Virus record (IMG/VR): IMGVR_UViG_3300013116_000108
Span: 1 to 64,000 of that record
Length of the DNA: 64,000 nt
Strand: one strand, 5' to 3'
Shown here: positions 39,453-48,317 of the stretch, piece after piece
Position numbering within the stretch: the first letter of the stretch is position 1
How the letters are laid out: the number at the start of each line of letters is the position of its first letter
Translations under genes and position numbers: made by a program
Notes under the pieces: generated by a model
Told to the model about the DNA's origin: nothing
Databases searched by the model: none
What the model saw: the letters and a program-made list of their open reading frames with translations, nothing else

Positions 39453-39995
39453 TTACCATCTCTTAGTAACTCCAAAGTGTTTAAATGTTTTCTGAACACA
39501 TTTTGCTTGATAATAACAATCAGCCAAAGCATTATGTAAGTCTTCTTGAATTGCTTTACGCGGATCAACTGGCATTAAATTAAATAAAGTCCTCGAATCT
39601 TGTATTTGCCAAAAGTTCCACGGTGTAGGGGTGTTTAGTTGTCTATATAAATGTTCTAAAATAGCAATATCAAACACTGGTCCTTGAGCCCATATTTTGT
39701 CTACACCAACAAGACTTTTATTAAGTTGTTCTAATACTTGTGTTAAATTTGTACGTCCTTCTTCTGACAATGCTTCGTTTCTTACTTTAGCATCTTGTTT
39801 GCCCCACCAAGCCATTGTATCATCATCTACACTTCTATTTAAATCATTTTGTTCGTTGATGTCTAATTTCAGGTACAAACCATCATAAGGTTCGCTATCC
39901 GAATATGGATCAAACTTTATAGCACCTAGAGATGTAATAACACAATCTGGTTTTGTTCCAAATGTTTCTAAGTCGATCATAGCATGAACAGACAT
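39453..39995 (-). CDS. DEDDh 3'-5' exonuclease (DexA-like)
   Basis: MIDLET, WAQGPVFD, DSRT, HNALADC. Confidence 0.85.
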   Translation of the reverse strand: MSVHAMIDLETFGTKPDCVITSLGAIKFDPYSDSEPYDGLYLKLDINEQNDLNRSVDDDTMAWWGKQDAKVRNEALSEEGRTNLTQVLEQLNKSLVGVDKIWAQGPVFDIAILEHLYRQLNTPTPWNFWQIQDSRTLFNLMPVDPRKAIQEDLHNALADCYYQAKCVQKTFKHFGVTKRW

Positions 39996-39997
39996 TG

Positions 39998-40306
39998 TTA
40001 TTCCTTTTCTATTTTTACTTGTAATGGGAAACCTCTGCTTCGAGCAAGTACTGTTACTTCTATTCCTTTTTGCTCAGCAATTTCATAAGGTAATACGGCT
40101 ACTACAGCCATGCCATCCTCGTGGATTTTTACTGTAATGCCTTCAGCGTCATCTGGATTGTAATCAAATATGTCTAATAATGTTTCAACAACAAATTCCA
40201 TTGTTGTTAATTCGTCATTCATATAAATGACTTTATACAGGCCAGGTTCAGTAACTTTTATTCGTGTTACTGTGGACGGTTTTTCTTTTATTTGTGTGTC
40301 GCTCAT
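39998..40306 (-). CDS. clpS: N-degron adaptor ClpS
   Basis: PGLYKVIYMNDELTTMEFVV, VHE/IHEDG.AVV, EIAEQK, FPL. Confidence 0.93.
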   Translation of the reverse strand: MSDTQIKEKPSTVTRIKVTEPGLYKVIYMNDELTTMEFVVETLLDIFDYNPDDAEGITVKIHEDGMAVVAVLPYEIAEQKGIEVTVLARSRGFPLQVKIEKE

Positions 40307-40330
40307 AGTTACCTCTTGTTAGTAACTGTT

Positions 40331-40359
40331 ATTATAACAAAAATTGAGTATGTTGTCAA
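40331..40359 (-). promoter_or_regulatory. Sigma70-type promoter for clpS operon
   Basis: Perfect TTGACA-N17-TATAAT. Confidence 0.85.
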
Positions 40360-40365
40360 GAAAAA

Positions 40366-40400
40366 AGATAGGATTAGCCAAAATAAACTAACCCTATCTT
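40366..40400 (-). terminator. Probable intrinsic terminator after hsp20
   Basis: AAGATAGG...CCTATCTT inverted repeat with T-run on minus strand. Confidence 0.6.
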
Positions 40401-40416
40401 CAATTGTTAACTAGAA

Positions 40417-40845
40417 TTATTTGATACTAATTGTTCTTGGCTTTTTGGCCTCAGGAACAATTTTCTCCAATGATACTTTTAGTAAGCCATCTTTTAATTC
40501 CGCCCCATTTACAACTACGTCATCAGCAATAGTGAAAGATCTCTTGAATTGACGTTTTGAAATTCCTCTGTGTAATACACTTGGATCTTCGCTTTCGTCT
40601 TTTTCACTTTGAACTGAATTAACAGTTAGATTGTTATCAGCATATTTTACTTCAATGTCTTTTTTGCCAAATCCGGCTAAAGCCATTTCGATGTCATATG
40701 TGAAGTCACCTGTTTTTACGATATTGTATGGTGGAAAATTCACTTGTGGCATATCTGTCATACGTTCAAATGTATCGAACATATCGTCGAAGCCTACTGT
40801 GAATGGTTTAAGGTTATTAAAGATAGATAGTCTTGCGTTTGTCAT
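40417..40845 (-). CDS. Small heat-shock protein Hsp20/IbpA
   Basis: FPPYNI, MALAGF, LHRGISKRQF.RSF, LKDGLL, PEAKKPRTI. Confidence 0.95.
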   Translation of the reverse strand: MTNARLSIFNNLKPFTVGFDDMFDTFERMTDMPQVNFPPYNIVKTGDFTYDIEMALAGFGKKDIEVKYADNNLTVNSVQSEKDESEDPSVLHRGISKRQFKRSFTIADDVVVNGAELKDGLLKVSLEKIVPEAKKPRTISIK

Positions 40846-40903
40846 TGTTTTCTCCTTATATTAAGCAAGTTAACTTTGTGTACCCGACCTTTCGGCGTAC
40901 AAT
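40846..40903 (-). promoter_or_regulatory. ROSE-like RNA thermometer in hsp20 5' UTR
   Basis: UUGCU opposite SD AAGGAG with bulged G; upstream GAAA-capped hairpin. Confidence 0.55.
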
Positions 40904-40925
40904 AGTATTTAGCATACTATACTAT

Positions 40926-40955
40926 ATTATATAAGCATTAATGATAAAAAGTCAA
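40926..40955 (-). promoter_or_regulatory. Sigma70-type promoter for hsp20
   Basis: TTGACT-N18-TATAAT; also TAAATA at 40906-40911. Confidence 0.65.
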
Positions 40956-40980
40956 GTCTTTTTTGGAAATAAATCCAAAA

Positions 40981-41006
40981 AAAATCCCCCAATTAAGGGG
41001 GACTTT
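40981..41006 (-). terminator. GC hairpin terminator
   Basis: TCCCCC-AATTAA-GGGGGA followed by a long T-run on the minus strand. Confidence 0.7.
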
Positions 41007-41070
41007 GAATAGTGTGGGATTTTAGTTTTTTTAGAGCTCAAAAATCCCCTGGAAAGTTGCTCTTGTGTTG

Positions 41071-41403
41071 TTAGGAATAAATGGAATTATCCCCAACCAC
41101 TTCTCCGTCCTCTACTTCAAACATCGCAAGTATTGGCGAATTCAACCACTGATTTAATCCATCACTAAATTGGATCTTATCAGCAAACTTTAACTTATCT
41201 ACTGGCTTTCTAAATGAACGCTCTAGTGCTTTCATCTTAGTAGCCTGTTCTAATGTAACTTTAACAATTTCGCCGTCATCTGTTTTAACAGTATCTAGCG
41301 GTTTAATATTTTCTTGTGAATCTTCAATTTTACTAAATTGGACAAACATTTTCTGTTGCTTGTAACCCGGACCAAACTCATCATTGTCAATCTTAAAACC
41401 CAT
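41071..41403 (-). CDS. Hypothetical protein
   Basis: GAGG RBS; own promoter. Confidence 0.7.
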   Translation of the reverse strand: MGFKIDNDEFGPGYKQQKMFVQFSKIEDSQENIKPLDTVKTDDGEIVKVTLEQATKMKALERSFRKPVDKLKFADKIQFSDGLNQWLNSPILAMFEVEDGEVVGDNSIYS

Positions 41404-41435
41404 TTAGAACCTCACTTTTATTATTAATACTATGT

Positions 41436-41464
41436 ATTATACACTCTTTATATCCAAAAGTCAA
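41436..41464 (-). promoter_or_regulatory. Sigma70-type promoter
   Basis: TTGACT-N17-TATAAT. Confidence 0.8.
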
Positions 41465-41470
41465 CCAAAA

Positions 41471-42097
41471 TCACGTCTTTTTTCCACCTTTTTTACCAAC
41501 TATTAATTTAAAAATAGCATTATGTCCTTGCTGTGTGTAAGTATAATCGTAGTTATAATGGCTATTTGTGGCTATCAAATCCTCGATTTTAGCGTGGTTT
41601 TCTGTATCTATGCCATATATGTTACACCAGCGAATAAACTGCTCAGATAATGAATATTTGTGAAAATATGGGGTCATAGTAGTCTCTAATAGTGTTTCGC
41701 CTACACACGGGCGTATTTGAGCCCACTCTGTAACGATTTTAACGTCTTTTCTTATAGTTTTAATAGCATTATAAAACCCCATATTATGCTCAACCAAACT
41801 ATCCGGAGTATGTGTCATTAATAACATATCACGTCTACGAGTAAAGTTCACATCTAAGTAATTGTCATTACTCCAATTATATACAAAATTTCCTATTTTT
41901 TGATGTACAAAATCAGGAAACATTACTATTATATTCTTATGGTCTTTTTGATGTTTAATAAATTGTTGAAAGGTATCTTCGTTAGATTCTGTAACTATAA
42001 CTTTAGGTTCTTCTTTGTAATGGTCTGCTAATTGAAGAACCCAATGTCCTTCGCCGTGATTGGTTATACTAACTGTGTCATTACCTATTACTAACAT
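41471..42097 (-). CDS. Hypothetical protein, degenerate SGNH-like
   Basis: LVIGND start and C-terminal HY....QQGH..IF. Confidence 0.4.
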   Translation of the reverse strand: MLVIGNDTVSITNHGEGHWVLQLADHYKEEPKVIVTESNEDTFQQFIKHQKDHKNIIVMFPDFVHQKIGNFVYNWSNDNYLDVNFTRRRDMLLMTHTPDSLVEHNMGFYNAIKTIRKDVKIVTEWAQIRPCVGETLLETTMTPYFHKYSLSEQFIRWCNIYGIDTENHAKIEDLIATNSHYNYDYTYTQQGHNAIFKLIVGKKGGKKT

Positions 42098-42884
42098 CTA
42101 TCTTCTCTTTTACTAATTTAGCAAAGTCTTTGTTAGTTTTTGGGCCAGGATGTTTACCATCAGAACCATATTCTTGTGTATTATCTAACAACTCTAAAAT
42201 ACCTGTTTCTAGCCAGTTAGTTTTGTCAATTTTATTTGCTAACTGCTTTACATTTAGTAACGGTCCATCTTCTATTTCACTTAAAAAAGTTAAGGGATGC
42301 CACTCTCCCCAATCACCTGGATACTTAAAATCGCCTGTATAAAACCAGTCTCCTCCATTTACAAACAAGTAAGGTTGCCCTATATCTTTAAAATAGTTTT
42401 GTAAGACATAGGCATTTTTAATTAAACTTAAAAAACTAGTTGCTGAGTCTTCTAACAAAACATACTGCCTACCTCTATTGCTATCTACCCAACTACCATG
42501 TTCTATACTAGCATAACCTGTTGGACCGTTATCTACTGTCCAAAAATTTTGAGTACCTTTAACTCTAGAATGTGTCAACGTTTCATAATTACCATCTATA
42601 CTACTTTCAGTTAATTGTGTTTCGTCAGTTTGCTTTTGAATACCTATTGTTTCCCAACGTGGCAAGCCTGTCCATTGAACGACAACCATTTCAGGCTTAT
42701 AGTGTTCACAGTAACTCCATGCTCTTCTGGCTATAAAATCATTAGAACTTCCGCATACACCGTGGTTAACTACTTTAGAAAAACCCAAGTGATTGGTCCA
42801 ACTATCTTTATAACTATCTAAATAATGGTAATGGCTGTTACTACAGCCTGATATGTAAACTGTGTCTATTAGAGGTTTTGCCAC
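42081..42884 (-). CDS. SGNH/GDSL-like hydrolase
   Basis: ISGCSNS, NHGVCGSSN, VVQWT, DGKHPG. Confidence 0.65.
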   Translation of the reverse strand: MAKPLIDTVYISGCSNSHYHYLDSYKDSWTNHLGFSKVVNHGVCGSSNDFIARRAWSYCEHYKPEMVVVQWTGLPRWETIGIQKQTDETQLTESSIDGNYETLTHSRVKGTQNFWTVDNGPTGYASIEHGSWVDSNRGRQYVLLEDSATSFLSLIKNAYVLQNYFKDIGQPYLFVNGGDWFYTGDFKYPGDWGEWHPLTFLSEIEDGPLLNVKQLANKIDKTNWLETGILELLDNTQEYGSDGKHPGPKTNKDFAKLVKEKIDVSNR

Positions 42885-42894
42885 TAGTACTCAC

Positions 42895-43200
42895 CTAGTA
42901 CATTCTCTTTTGAGAAAATCCCCATTGTGCTTCTTGTTCACGTTGTTTCTTTAACCAACGATTACGGCCTGCTTTTTTGGCTAGTCTTTTCTTTTCGCTA
43001 GGTTTTATAAAATACTGCCTATCTCGACATTCTTGTAAAGTATTGTCTGCTTGGAGTTTTTTCTTTAGTTTTCTTAATGCCTTTGTGACATCATTGTTGT
43101 GAACTATAACAGTTGTTCCACCTGTTAAATCTTGAGCTCTTTTAGGTTGATTTCTATTACCAAAGCCTGCTCTGTTATTGCTTTTTCTATTTACAAACAT
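42895..43200 (-). CDS. rpsU: Ribosomal protein bS21
   Basis: V.V.NNDVTKALRKLKKK....E...RQYF.KPSEKKR. Confidence 0.88.
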   Translation of the reverse strand: MFVNRKSNNRAGFGNRNQPKRAQDLTGGTTVIVHNNDVTKALRKLKKKLQADNTLQECRDRQYFIKPSEKKRLAKKAGRNRWLKKQREQEAQWGFSQKRMY

Positions 43201-44363
43201 TAAGCCTCCTGTACGTCTGTGTCATTAATAATTACTTCCTTTCCTTTAAGTTGATCTAACTCGTAATAGTATTCAAGCAAAGTATTTTCTAATATACCTT
43301 TTAATGCTCTAGCACCTACCTTATATTGTAACGCAAGTTCGACTATTTTGTCAAGTGCTTTCTCCGAAAATATCAAACTAACATTATCTAAATCAAAATA
43401 GAACCTAGTTTGCTCAATTAGGTTATTATCAATATCAGCCAATACTTGTTTTAATTCATCTTTGGAAAGTTCTGTTGTTTGAACAACAACTGGAAAGCGA
43501 CCAATAAATTCAGGTATCATTCCAAAGTCAATTAACTCGCTTGAAATTAGTTTACTTTGGCCTCCGTGTGTTTCTCCAAACCCAATAGTATTTGTTTTTT
43601 GGCTGTCCATTCCAACAAATGCTCCACTTCCAATAAACAAAATCTTACTAGTATCTACTTCAATCATTTCTTGCTGTGGATGTTTTCTTCCACCTTGTGG
43701 TGCTACTCTAACAGTTGTACCTTCAACTAATTTTAACAATGCTTGTTGTACACCTTCGCCTGAAACATCTCTAGTAATTGAAACGTTCTCACTTTTCCTG
43801 CCAATTTTATCAATTTCATCTAAAAATACAATACCTTGTTCTGCTCTTGCTACATTGTAATCTACTTTCATTAGCAAAGAACTAATAATACTTTCAACAT
43901 CATCACCAACATACCCACTTTCAGTTAAACTTGTAGCATCAGCAATTACAATAGGCACATCTAAAAACTTAGCAATTTGTTTTGCCATAAAAGTTTTACC
44001 ACTACCAGTAGGACCAATTATTAATTGATTATTCTTTTCAATAGTACCTTTTCTATCATACATTAATCTCTTGTAGTGATTTACTACACCTACTGCCATA
44101 TGACGTTTTGCTTTATGTTGTCCAACTACTGTTTCGTCTAAAAATGCTACAATCTCTTTTGCTGTTTTGGGTTCTAATTCCTTTGCCCATTGCTTTGCCT
44201 TTTCATCTGTGAGGACTTTACTACACAAATCTATACATTCATCACAAATACCAACACCTTCTGCTACAATAATCTTGTATACTTGGTCTTTTGTTTTGCC
44301 ACAAAAATTACACTGACTGACTGAACGAATTTGATCTATACTAGTTGATTTATCATCTGTCAT
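43200..44363 (-). CDS. clpX: ATP-dependent Clp protease ATP-binding subunit ClpX
   Basis: Zinc finger CNFCGK..CDEC, GPTGSGKT, GYVG pore loop, DEIDK, RDVSGEGVQQALLK, RKH loop, IGF loop; start 44363 or 44393. Confidence 0.96.
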   Translation of the reverse strand: MTDDKSTSIDQIRSVSQCNFCGKTKDQVYKIIVAEGVGICDECIDLCSKVLTDEKAKQWAKELEPKTAKEIVAFLDETVVGQHKAKRHMAVGVVNHYKRLMYDRKGTIEKNNQLIIGPTGSGKTFMAKQIAKFLDVPIVIADATSLTESGYVGDDVESIISSLLMKVDYNVARAEQGIVFLDEIDKIGRKSENVSITRDVSGEGVQQALLKLVEGTTVRVAPQGGRKHPQQEMIEVDTSKILFIGSGAFVGMDSQKTNTIGFGETHGGQSKLISSELIDFGMIPEFIGRFPVVVQTTELSKDELKQVLADIDNNLIEQTRFYFDLDNVSLIFSEKALDKIVELALQYKVGARALKGILENTLLEYYYELDQLKGKEVIINDTDVQEA

Positions 44364-44730
44364 TTGAGAGCCTTTTTTGTAATATCCAGTCAACTGGAAC
44401 TGTTAGTTTTCTATTATTTAATGAATCGTAATTCTCTTCATGATGTATATCATCACACCACCAAACGTTTGGCATAGACATCAAGTACCCTGTAACAATT
44501 TTATTTTCATATTCATTGCTTACAATAACTACAGATGATCTAGTTGCTGTATTAACAATCCAATCAACTTTGCTATTTTGTTCGCCTATGTGTAAACTAT
44601 AATCGCCGTATTTAGGTAATTCCTTAATATATTGCTCAACTGTCCAGTTATCACAACCTACAAGGAATACACTTTCTTGTTTACCAAACCAATAATCTGG
44701 TTCTGTTACTACTGTTACATTATTGTCCAA
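44353..44730 (-). CDS. Hypothetical protein
   Basis: Operon-packed. Confidence 0.6.
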   Translation of the reverse strand: MDNNVTVVTEPDYWFGKQESVFLVGCDNWTVEQYIKELPKYGDYSLHIGEQNSKVDWIVNTATRSSVVIVSNEYENKIVTGYLMSMPNVWWCDDIHHEENYDSLNNRKLTVPVDWILQKRLSNDR

Positions 44731-45295
44731 GGACGTCCCTTCTTGTTAAGTAATTTGATACAGCCGTTTTTTCTTCAGCACTCAAGTCGTCAACATCTTG
44801 AGTATTTCTTGCTAACTGATCCACTAAGTGTTTAATGTAATCATTTGTTAAGTATGCTGATGTTCCATCTTTGTCTACATCAATCCACTTATTGCCATTC
44901 CATTTTTTAAGTTCATGTGGGTATACATTTGTTAATGTATGTAGTTGACCTTTTTCTGGATCTGCTGGAAAACTATCACCATACGTTGCTTTAACACCTA
45001 AGTTTTCTTCTTCCTCTTTTATTTTTGTTTTATCAATAAGATCGTATTTTTGACTTATTCTTTCAATAGCCTGATCTCTACTTGCTACTTGAGTTTGTAA
45101 GTCTATAATATCTCTGTTAAGTGAATCAATGCCCGAAGTATCTTTGATAATTACTTCTTTCTCAACTTCAACTTCTTTTATTTCAGGTGGTTTGTTTTCT
45201 AATTCTAACACTTGCGATTGTAGTGCTTGGTTTTCTTTTTCAAGTTTGGCAATAGTACTCGTTGCTTTCCTTGTTAGGTCGTCAACTTCATCCTT
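44720..45295 (-). CDS. -1 frame C-terminal extension of the upstream coiled-coil membrane protein (or separate ORF from GTG 45211)
   Basis: Open -1 frame from the A9 run reads KDEVDDLTRKATSTIAKLEKENQ..., continuing the coiled coil. Confidence 0.65.
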   Translation of the reverse strand, partial: KDEVDDLTRKATSTIAKLEKENQALQSQVLELENKPPEIKEVEVEKEVIIKDTSGIDSLNRDIIDLQTQVASRDQAIERISQKYDLIDKTKIKEEEENLGVKATYGDSFPADPEKGQLHTLTNVYPHELKKWNGNKWIDVDKDGTSAYLTNDYIKHLVDQLARNTQDVDDLSAEEKTAVSNYLTRRDVLGQ

Positions 45296-46908
45296 TTTTT
45301 TTGAAGGCTGGAATACTCCTTCTCTAACTCCGCTTTTTCTTCTGTGAGAGTGTCGTGCTCTTTTTGAAGAGAAGCCAATTCCGCTTTAGTCATTTTACCA
45401 CTTGCTATTGCTCCGTCAAGTTGTTCTTCTAACTTTAGCAGAAGGTCTGTATGCTCTTGTATTTTCATTTCAAGTTCCCTCTCTCTTTTTGATTGCTTTT
45501 TTTTTGATTCTGTTGGTTCTGGTTCTTTAGGCGGATGCCAAGGTTTGTGGCCTTTTTGTTGCCTCGCCCAACTTATAGTTTGAACACCTGCCAGCACCAA
45601 CATAATAGCAAGTGGGTCAAATACTAATACAATAATAATGATAACCCAACGTACAGCACGTTCGAGTAATTCGGTATCTGCTTTTTCACCATAAACAAAT
45701 TCAGCAATGTACTTAATTGGTCCTACTTCTGCTTCTAGTTTTCTATACTCTTTTTGTATATCAAACTTTTCATCAATTAGGGTATCAATCTTATCATTTG
45801 ATTCTTTAATCTTTGCTAACTGTTCATCAATCAAAGCATCAGCAGATTCAGTTGTGCCTTGCCCTAGTTGAGAACGTAATCTTGTAATAACTTCATTAGC
45901 ATTTCTAATTTCTTCTTCTGCTATACCACGTAAACGTTTAATTTCTTCTCTAGCATTGTTTATAATATCATTGTCAACGCCTGTGTTAGACTCTTGTGCT
46001 TCTGCTGTTTCTCTTAAACGTTGCTTTTCTTTATTTGCTTGTACAATAGCATAATTAAATTTTGCTCCATCTTTAATCTCTTTAATTTCTTCTAGTACTT
46101 CTAATCGTCTTGCTGTTAACTCATCTTTAAATTTCTTCAAAGCCGTTCTAGTAGCATAACCAAACTTGCCATCAGCATTAACACCAATTAGTGCTTGTAG
46201 TTCTTTAATCTTATCTTCAGCAGGCCAAGTTTCTAACTTGTTCATCTTCTCGTCTATTACTTCTATTTCGTCTAAGTACGGTTGAATTGTATCTGCTAGT
46301 TTCTGCTCTTCTCTTTCAATAATAGCATTTTGCTCATCAATAGCAGGCTGGATTCTTTCAAATGCTTCGTTGACTCTGCCTAGTTCTTGGTCAATAATTA
46401 ATTGTTGTTGATCAATAGCAGGTTGCTGTCTAGCATAAGCATTATTAATACGTTCTTCTTCTGTTGCTATTTGCTCTTGTATTCTAGCATCTTTATTATC
46501 GTCTTGATTTTCTGCGGCAACAATTTTTTCTTCCGCTCTAGTAATAATAAGTTCAAACCTGTCAATTTCAGATTCAATTCTTACTAACTGTTGTTGGTTT
46601 TCTTCACTTTGTGATGTTTGTTCAATATGTGCTTTAGATAAGAAACCAAAGATACCCATACTCGTAATAAACATAATGATTATTACTGCGGCCGCTAGGT
46701 AAGTTTTCATCCATTTTTTAGAATCAAACCAATATTGATGTAGCCAGACTGTTGTTACAATTTTACCAACTTCTAAAACACCACCCATAATAATTACAGG
46801 AACAACTGCGGCGGCAAAAATAGCCGTTAATCCTATTATTGAGTAGTATGCGGCAACACCTGATATACATAGTGCTACAAATAAAATGAAAAGTCCGAAT
46901 ATCATCAT
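45274..46908 (-). CDS. Multi-TM, long coiled-coil protein (contains short peptidoglycan-binding-like DGKFGYATR motif)
   Basis: Three N-terminal TMs, heptads, EAEVGPIKYIAE, VFDPLA TM, basic tail ending at an A9 run. Confidence 0.8.
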   Translation of the reverse strand: MMIFGLFILFVALCISGVAAYYSIIGLTAIFAAAVVPVIIMGGVLEVGKIVTTVWLHQYWFDSKKWMKTYLAAAVIIIMFITSMGIFGFLSKAHIEQTSQSEENQQQLVRIESEIDRFELIITRAEEKIVAAENQDDNKDARIQEQIATEEERINNAYARQQPAIDQQQLIIDQELGRVNEAFERIQPAIDEQNAIIEREEQKLADTIQPYLDEIEVIDEKMNKLETWPAEDKIKELQALIGVNADGKFGYATRTALKKFKDELTARRLEVLEEIKEIKDGAKFNYAIVQANKEKQRLRETAEAQESNTGVDNDIINNAREEIKRLRGIAEEEIRNANEVITRLRSQLGQGTTESADALIDEQLAKIKESNDKIDTLIDEKFDIQKEYRKLEAEVGPIKYIAEFVYGEKADTELLERAVRWVIIIIVLVFDPLAIMLVLAGVQTISWARQQKGHKPWHPPKEPEPTESKKKQSKRERELEMKIQEHTDLLLKLEEQLDGAIASGKMTKAELASLQKEHDTLTEEKAELEKEYSSLQKKRMKLTT

Positions 46909-46922
46909 GTATTTATCGCCTC

Positions 46923-48317
46923 TTAGATGTTATTAAGCATATTTTTCAACTTGCTCGCCTGTACATCTGCTGTAATTTTAGGTTCTTCTGTAGTGTCCTC
47001 TTGACCGCCTACAGTTGATCTAGTTTTAAGTTTTTCCACAACATCACTTGTATGCTGTTCTGGTTGATGGTCTTCGCCTAAATCTAATATTCTTAAACTG
47101 TTTATATCAAATCCTAGTTCAACCTTTTGTCCAACACCTGAACTACTTCTAGTTTTCATAAGTTGTAACTGATACTTGCCACGTTCTCTCATTGCTCTAC
47201 TTGTAAAGATACCAAATACATTGTCTGCTGTATTAATCTTACTAATACCACCAGCAATATGAGAGTGGTCAAATTCAATTTCTTCTACTGCTCCTCTGTT
47301 TAACTGCGAAGCCGTTACAAATAATACATTAAGTTCTTTAGATAAGTTTCTTAGTTCTTCACTAACATACTTGTCTTTAATAAACTGATCATTTGGACTT
47401 ACTTTAACACTAACAGGACTTAACAAGTCTAAATAATCAACTAGCATAAAGTCTAGTTTGTTTCCTGTTTTAATTTGTAGTTCTTTACAATATGCTCTAA
47501 TATCATTAATTGTACTTTGTGCTGGCATATACTTAATTCTTAAGTTACCTGCTTTCTTGCCTACCATTTTAACTTTAAAGTCTAAGTCATCTAAATCTTT
47601 AAAAATATCTTTGCTTGGAATATCTGTAAGCATACTATCAATTCTCATAGAACATAAGTTCTCACTTAATTCTAGTGTTACATAACAACCATTCAATCCT
47701 TTTAATGCCCAGTTACATGCCAAGTTCTGTAAGAACAAACTCTTACCAGATCCACTACCACCAGCAAATATATTAAGTTCACCTTTACTCATACCGCCAA
47801 ATAGTTTTCTATCTAGCATTGGCCAACCTGTACTTACTTGTCCGTTGTTATCTTTTAATGCTAACAATCTTTGCTTAGGTTCTAAGAAATAATCTGTACC
47901 TAAGTCTCTTGTCAAACTAATTTGTACAGCATCTTTGATTAATTTTTCTACTGGAGCATAATTGCCCTTCTCTAAATGATCAGCACTTTTTAAAATTGCT
48001 CTTTCTAATTCTTGTCGTCTTGTAAAGTTTTCAAACTCTTCAAAGAACCAACTGTAATGTCCATCTTGTAATTCTGGAGTTGCTTTTAAATTTGTATTAG
48101 CAAAAGCATTTACTTGTTCTAGTGTAGGCATTGTACTTTGCTTTTCAGCATGATCAAAAATAAATTCAGCCGCCTTCCTCAAACTTCTATCAAAGTTTTC
48201 AGCATTAAAAATATTTTGTACTCTGACATAACTCTGAGCATCATTAACCATCATTTCTAAAAATAGTTTTTGAAGTTCTACTGTATAATCAGTTATTTTA
48301 TTTTCTTCAGTTTCCAA
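46923..48317 (-). CDS. DnaB-like replicative helicase (T4 gp41 type)
   Basis: AGGSGSGKS, LELSE, VDYLDL, TASQLNR, KINTAD, MKTR. Confidence 0.93.
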   Translation of the reverse strand: METEENKITDYTVELQKLFLEMMVNDAQSYVRVQNIFNAENFDRSLRKAAEFIFDHAEKQSTMPTLEQVNAFANTNLKATPELQDGHYSWFFEEFENFTRRQELERAILKSADHLEKGNYAPVEKLIKDAVQISLTRDLGTDYFLEPKQRLLALKDNNGQVSTGWPMLDRKLFGGMSKGELNIFAGGSGSGKSLFLQNLACNWALKGLNGCYVTLELSENLCSMRIDSMLTDIPSKDIFKDLDDLDFKVKMVGKKAGNLRIKYMPAQSTINDIRAYCKELQIKTGNKLDFMLVDYLDLLSPVSVKVSPNDQFIKDKYVSEELRNLSKELNVLFVTASQLNRGAVEEIEFDHSHIAGGISKINTADNVFGIFTSRAMRERGKYQLQLMKTRSSSGVGQKVELGFDINSLRILDLGEDHQPEQHTSDVVEKLKTRSTVGGQEDTTEEPKITADVQASKLKNMLNNI

